Below are positions 59,818 through 64,000 of a DNA stretch of 64,000 nucleotides, piece after piece; the stretch's first letter is position 1; the number at the start of each line of letters is the position of its first letter. Position numbers and translations under genes: made by a program. The DNA is from Malacoraja senta. Taxonomy: Eukaryota. Where the stretch lies: assembly GCA_038087875.1 (NCBI GenBank), contig CM075994.1, positions 10,666,001 through 10,730,000 on the forward strand, given 5' to 3'. The notes beneath the pieces were generated by a model. That model was not told the DNA's origin and did not search any database. It was given only the letters and a program-made list of their open reading frames with translations.

Positions 59818-62800
59818 TTACACACCCGGAGCGGAACCGGAGCAGATTCTCAGCCACTGGTTTTCATGGGAAGTCCAGAAGAGAGGATAAAGTTTCTCCG
59901 TGAATTTATTCCCAGTGAAGGTGTGGAGATGGCACTTGGTGTCCGCATCGTAAAATGAAACCGTCCCGGACTCGTAACTGAGATAAACTCCCACCCTCCC
60001 GGGGATGGGACGGGCGAGAAGATGGGATGGAGGCGAGGTGAGAGCAACAAACCCGTCATCCAGCCGCCAGATGCTCCAGACACCATTCCCCGGGGTCAGG
60101 TCGTCCTCTCCTTTCCTATCCACAGACTCTGCGACGACTCCCAGACTCCAGATCCGATTCTCCGCCACCTCCACCTCCCAGTAATGTCTCCCCGATGTGA
60201 ATCCCTCCGATCCCAGCACACACGGATAGTCTGTAAACCTCTTCCCGGTGTCAGGGAGACTCCTCCGGGTCTCGATCCGTCTCACCCTCTTCCGATCCTC
60301 AGACACATCGAGCTGCGGATGCGCTGTTTCCACATCCAGGGTGACGGAGACTGGGGGGGAGAAGCAGAGAATCAGAGAGTCCCCGGGGTTCGGGGGGAGA
60401 CTCGGGCAGCGCGGCCCCGGGACCGGGGGAGAAGCTGCTCGGCCTCGGGCACAAGCGGGCGGACACCCCAACAACATCGGATGGCCAAAAACATACATCT
60501 TTGCCGGAGCTTCACGACCGGGCACCGCTGGAGAGGGGGGAATTCTGCGGGTTATTGGTAACGGGAGGGGGTGGTCCGTACGGACGTGGAAAATGAATAC
60601 GGAAAGTGAGGATGAACGGAAGATTGTGGGTGGGGACAGATAAATAAGGCGTGATTCAAATATCTTGCCAGCAGATGGCGAGGGAGAGGCAGATTGGAAG
60701 ATGAGGAGACGGATGTGAGTGGTAATTAGAGGTGGTTAAAGAGGATGTAGAGATGTGGGGTGGAGTTGCCGTGATCATACTGAACGGGAGTGGACTGGAC
60801 GGGCGAGACAATCTGCTACTGTTTAATTGATTTCTTTACTGGAGGGTGGAATTGGTGTGTCTGCACAACCAAGAACACTCTGATCTCATTGTGAACCAAT
60901 ATATGAACTTCAATGAGGGACTTGACAATGGTCCGCATGTAAGGCTGGTCCGGAAAACGAAAGCAGGTGTGATCCAAGACGAGTTGTAAAATGGTTCCAA
61001 AATTGTCTTGGTGTTTGGAGGTGGAAGGTAGCGCTAGAAGGATGTTCTGCTTGGAGATCTGTGACTGGTGGTGTGCAGCAGAGATCGGTGCTGCAACCTT
61101 TGCTGTTTATTTTCTATGTTCGTGGCTTGGATGTGAATGTAGGAGGTGTGAAAAGTACGTTTGTGGAGAATGGGAAATGTAGATCGCGATGAAGTCTGTC
61201 AAAGTCTGCAACAAGATTTAGGCTAGAACTTCAAAACCTTATTGTCATGTAGGGATATCAATACTGGAGGACGCAGTTTTCTTCACACAAAGAGTTGTTA
61301 CGAGTTATCAGTTTTACCTCGTTTGATGATATCAGATGTTTCTCTCAATGCCATGTTGTGGAAAAACGTGAGATCAAACCTTTCAATGGGTAACGCACCA
61401 TCTACAACCAACATTGGTTTGGTTTCATCACTAACCCTACAAATATTTAACAGCTGGTTAGAAACTGAGCATTAGCTGTTTCTTTGAGCTGTACTATAAA
61501 AACATACATTGTTTCAGTCAAAAGCATGTCCTACCTACTATTGCGACCAGCTTCCTCCTGAAATAAATAAAACACAAATCTCAAAAGACTGAGATAGATC
61601 ATGATCCCGACGGGTGTATCCCGGTATATTTCACCAAATTGCTGGAAACCCCTCCATGATAATTCCCATTTCCCAACTATTTGCCGATGTCACACAGATT
61701 GAAAGTGGATATTGTGATAGAGACATTGAACACGGTGGTAAGCATTAGGAATGTCAATGAAAATAACTGCGAGTGCATAACTTGCGAGTGGGCAGATCGT
61801 GGGATTTTATCTGGAGAAGATGTCAGAGATAATAGGATGGAATATTTTAAGATCAGCGGCGGATTAAAATGGGTGGGGGTTGGAAATATTATCACGACTT
61901 GTGGGGAAAATAAAAATAAAGCCTGTAATAAATTCCACAAGAAATGCAGTAAAGAGAACGTGGAACTCACAGGCTGGCCTGAAGAGAATATTGCAGATAA
62001 ATGAAGTGGGATAAGTACATGAGGATTCCTGGAATTTGGGGCATTATTGCCCGATGTGGTGAGTAGATGGAACAGACGGAACATTGACCCAGTACTGAAT
62101 TACTGGTGAATGCATAATTTATTTCTGGGCTTTAACCCACCATTTTGTGACTGCACTTTCCCTTCACCAAACTGTAGTGTAACCCCTCACCTTCAGAAAT
62201 AACACGCCGTCCTTGTGGTCTGTCTGTTCTTGTAGCTTTGAGAGTTCCTCATGAATGGAATTTATATACTCTTGAATCTCTTGAAGATTTTTCTCCATTG
62301 TTTTTACAATCAACGCCTCTTCTTCCCGGATATCTCCGAGTACGCGCCGCTCTTTCTCGGTGAGAATCTGGTGCAGTTCAGCAAACTGGGATGTGGTCTG
62401 TGACTGAAGGTTGCGTGACGCTTCCTGTCAGATGAAAGATGAGAATCAATATATTGTGTCACTCTGCTCTGTTTCCTCCTGACGGGGAAGGTGACATTTG
62501 GCTAATCAATGTCGAGTCCTGGAGTGCAGAAATATGCCATTCTGCCCAACAAGCCCGCGCTGGGCTCTGTACGTATCTACATTAATTCCATTTGCATGTA
62601 TTCAATCCGTAGTTTTCACTACCGTGGCTAATCAAGAGCTCGTCTTGATAATTCTGAAATACTTGGTGAAAGTAATGTACAAGCAAGTCATTCCCATTTC
62701 CCAAGTACAATTCCCTGCAACTTATTCCATTTTGTGTGTCGATTAACCCTCAGTGAACAGAACCAGGTCACCAGAACTAGCAGACAGCAGCACCACTTAG

Positions 62801-63876
62801 AATGACAGACTTCATAGAGTCATACAGCAAGGGGTGTTAGATACCGACCAAGACGCCCCAACTGCGCTTTATCCACCTGTCCGCATTTGGCCCACCTGGT
62901 TCTAAAATGTTCTCTCCACGAACTTGTTCAAATATCTTTTAAATATTGTTATGGTTCGTGAATCAACTACCTCCCCTGGCAGCGCGTTCCATATGCCCAC
63001 TACCAAAGTTGCCCTCTCACCTTAAACCTATGCCCTCGCATGTTGGACGTCCTACATAGTGTAAAAGACTGCGAATTCACCCTAACATTTCGTTTCATGA
63101 TATAATACACCTGCAATAGATCAGACTCCTGCGCTCCAGTGAGTAAAGTCCTTGGCTGCCCAAACGCCACCTAGATCTCGGCCCCTCGACTACTGAGCTC
63201 TATAGAGGTGCCCACTTATTACACGCGACACAGGGATCAAATTTACACAAAAACATTAAATCGATAGTACAAAGTCTCACCTGAACTCCAGAAATGCTCT
63301 CTTTCTGTTTCTGCTCCATTTGCTCGATCTCTGATTTACTTTCTGTGAGAGAGTTGAAAGAAGATTTCACCTGTTCCTGCGGTTCGATTTCAGACGGAGA
63401 ATAAAAATGTCAGACAATAAAGAAAAGATTACACATTTATGCAATCAAAATCGATTTGGTTTTACCTTGTAGAATTCAATTGCTTCTTCTATCATCATTA
63501 AGCTGTGAGACTTGTGTTCCCGCTCAGTGGCGCAAATCACACAGATCAGTTTCTTGTCCGTTTCACAAAACAGCTTCAGTTCTTCCTGATGTTTCTCGCA
63601 GTGAAGTTTATTTTCCTTCTCTTTGAGATTCAGGCTCAGTGCTCGAGCTTTCTCAGCCAGTCTAACCAAGGCCCGATTCACCCTGAGGGTGCGGTCTACA
63701 AACTCCTCACTACATTCCGGGCAGGAGTTTCTCGCCTCCCTGTCCCAAGTCTGTGTGATACAGGAGCGGCAGAAGTTGTGCCCACACTCCAGTGACACCG
63801 GATCGGTGAAGAAATCCAGGCAGATGGGACAAACTACCTCCTCGGTTAAACTCTCGACCTGGTCTTTCGAAGCCAT
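59818..63876 (-). CDS. TRIM gene copy B (RING-Bbox2-CC-PRY/SPRY E3 ligase, TRIM27/39/A33-like), intact 471 aa. Exons 63876-63466, 63376-63281, 62424-62191, 61557-61535, 61436-61318, 60350-59818
   Basis: Exon sizes 411+96+234+23+119+533=1416 bp; GT-AG junctions in phase; RING, B-box, [17 protein letters not shown] and LYPLF motifs. Confidence 0.93.
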
Positions 63877-64000
63877 TCCGCCACTTCCTGGTTCAAAATG
63901 TGTTCACTGACGTGGAGCTGCTCAATATGAGCGCTCACGTGACCGTCACGGTGGCGCAGCGGTAAAGTTGCTGCTTTACAGCGAATGCAGCGCCGGAAAA

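Larger units (their letters stand above)
37161..64000. repeat. Tandem segmental duplication of the TRIM unit (A ~37161-50900; B ~52966-64000+)
   Basis: Collinear homologous blocks 37161/52966, 38620/58095, 39540/59270, 47645/60645, 50800/63940. Confidence 0.92.

Overview
Repeat-dense vertebrate genomic DNA. The CR1, Penelope, Rex/Babar and tRNA-SINE content suggests a cartilaginous fish such as a skate or ray; this is inferred, not verified. On the minus strand lies a beta-tubulin gene of class I/TUBB type. It has canonical 57, 109 and 111 bp coding exons, with exon 4 running off the left edge, and transposons stretch it to >29 kb. Upstream on the same strand are an orphan PRY-SPRY (B30.2) terminal exon, a 200-N scaffold gap and two tandemly duplicated six-exon RING-Bbox-coiled-coil-PRY/SPRY TRIM genes: one intact (471 aa), one with a 2-bp frameshift. 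TUBB next to C-IV TRIMs resembles the MHC class I region. Mobile elements include a DIRS1 tyrosine-recombinase retrotransposon with recognisable ITR/ICR termini, near full-length CR1 LINEs, a Penelope element in inverted configuration, an ISL2EU-like THAP palindromic element and a Harbinger MITE. There are also Vingi, L1, L2 and Rex fragments, and many ~100-140 bp hammerhead-ribozyme-bearing Penelope-derived mini-insertions, several with their own target-site duplications. No CRISPR or prokaryote-type system is present.
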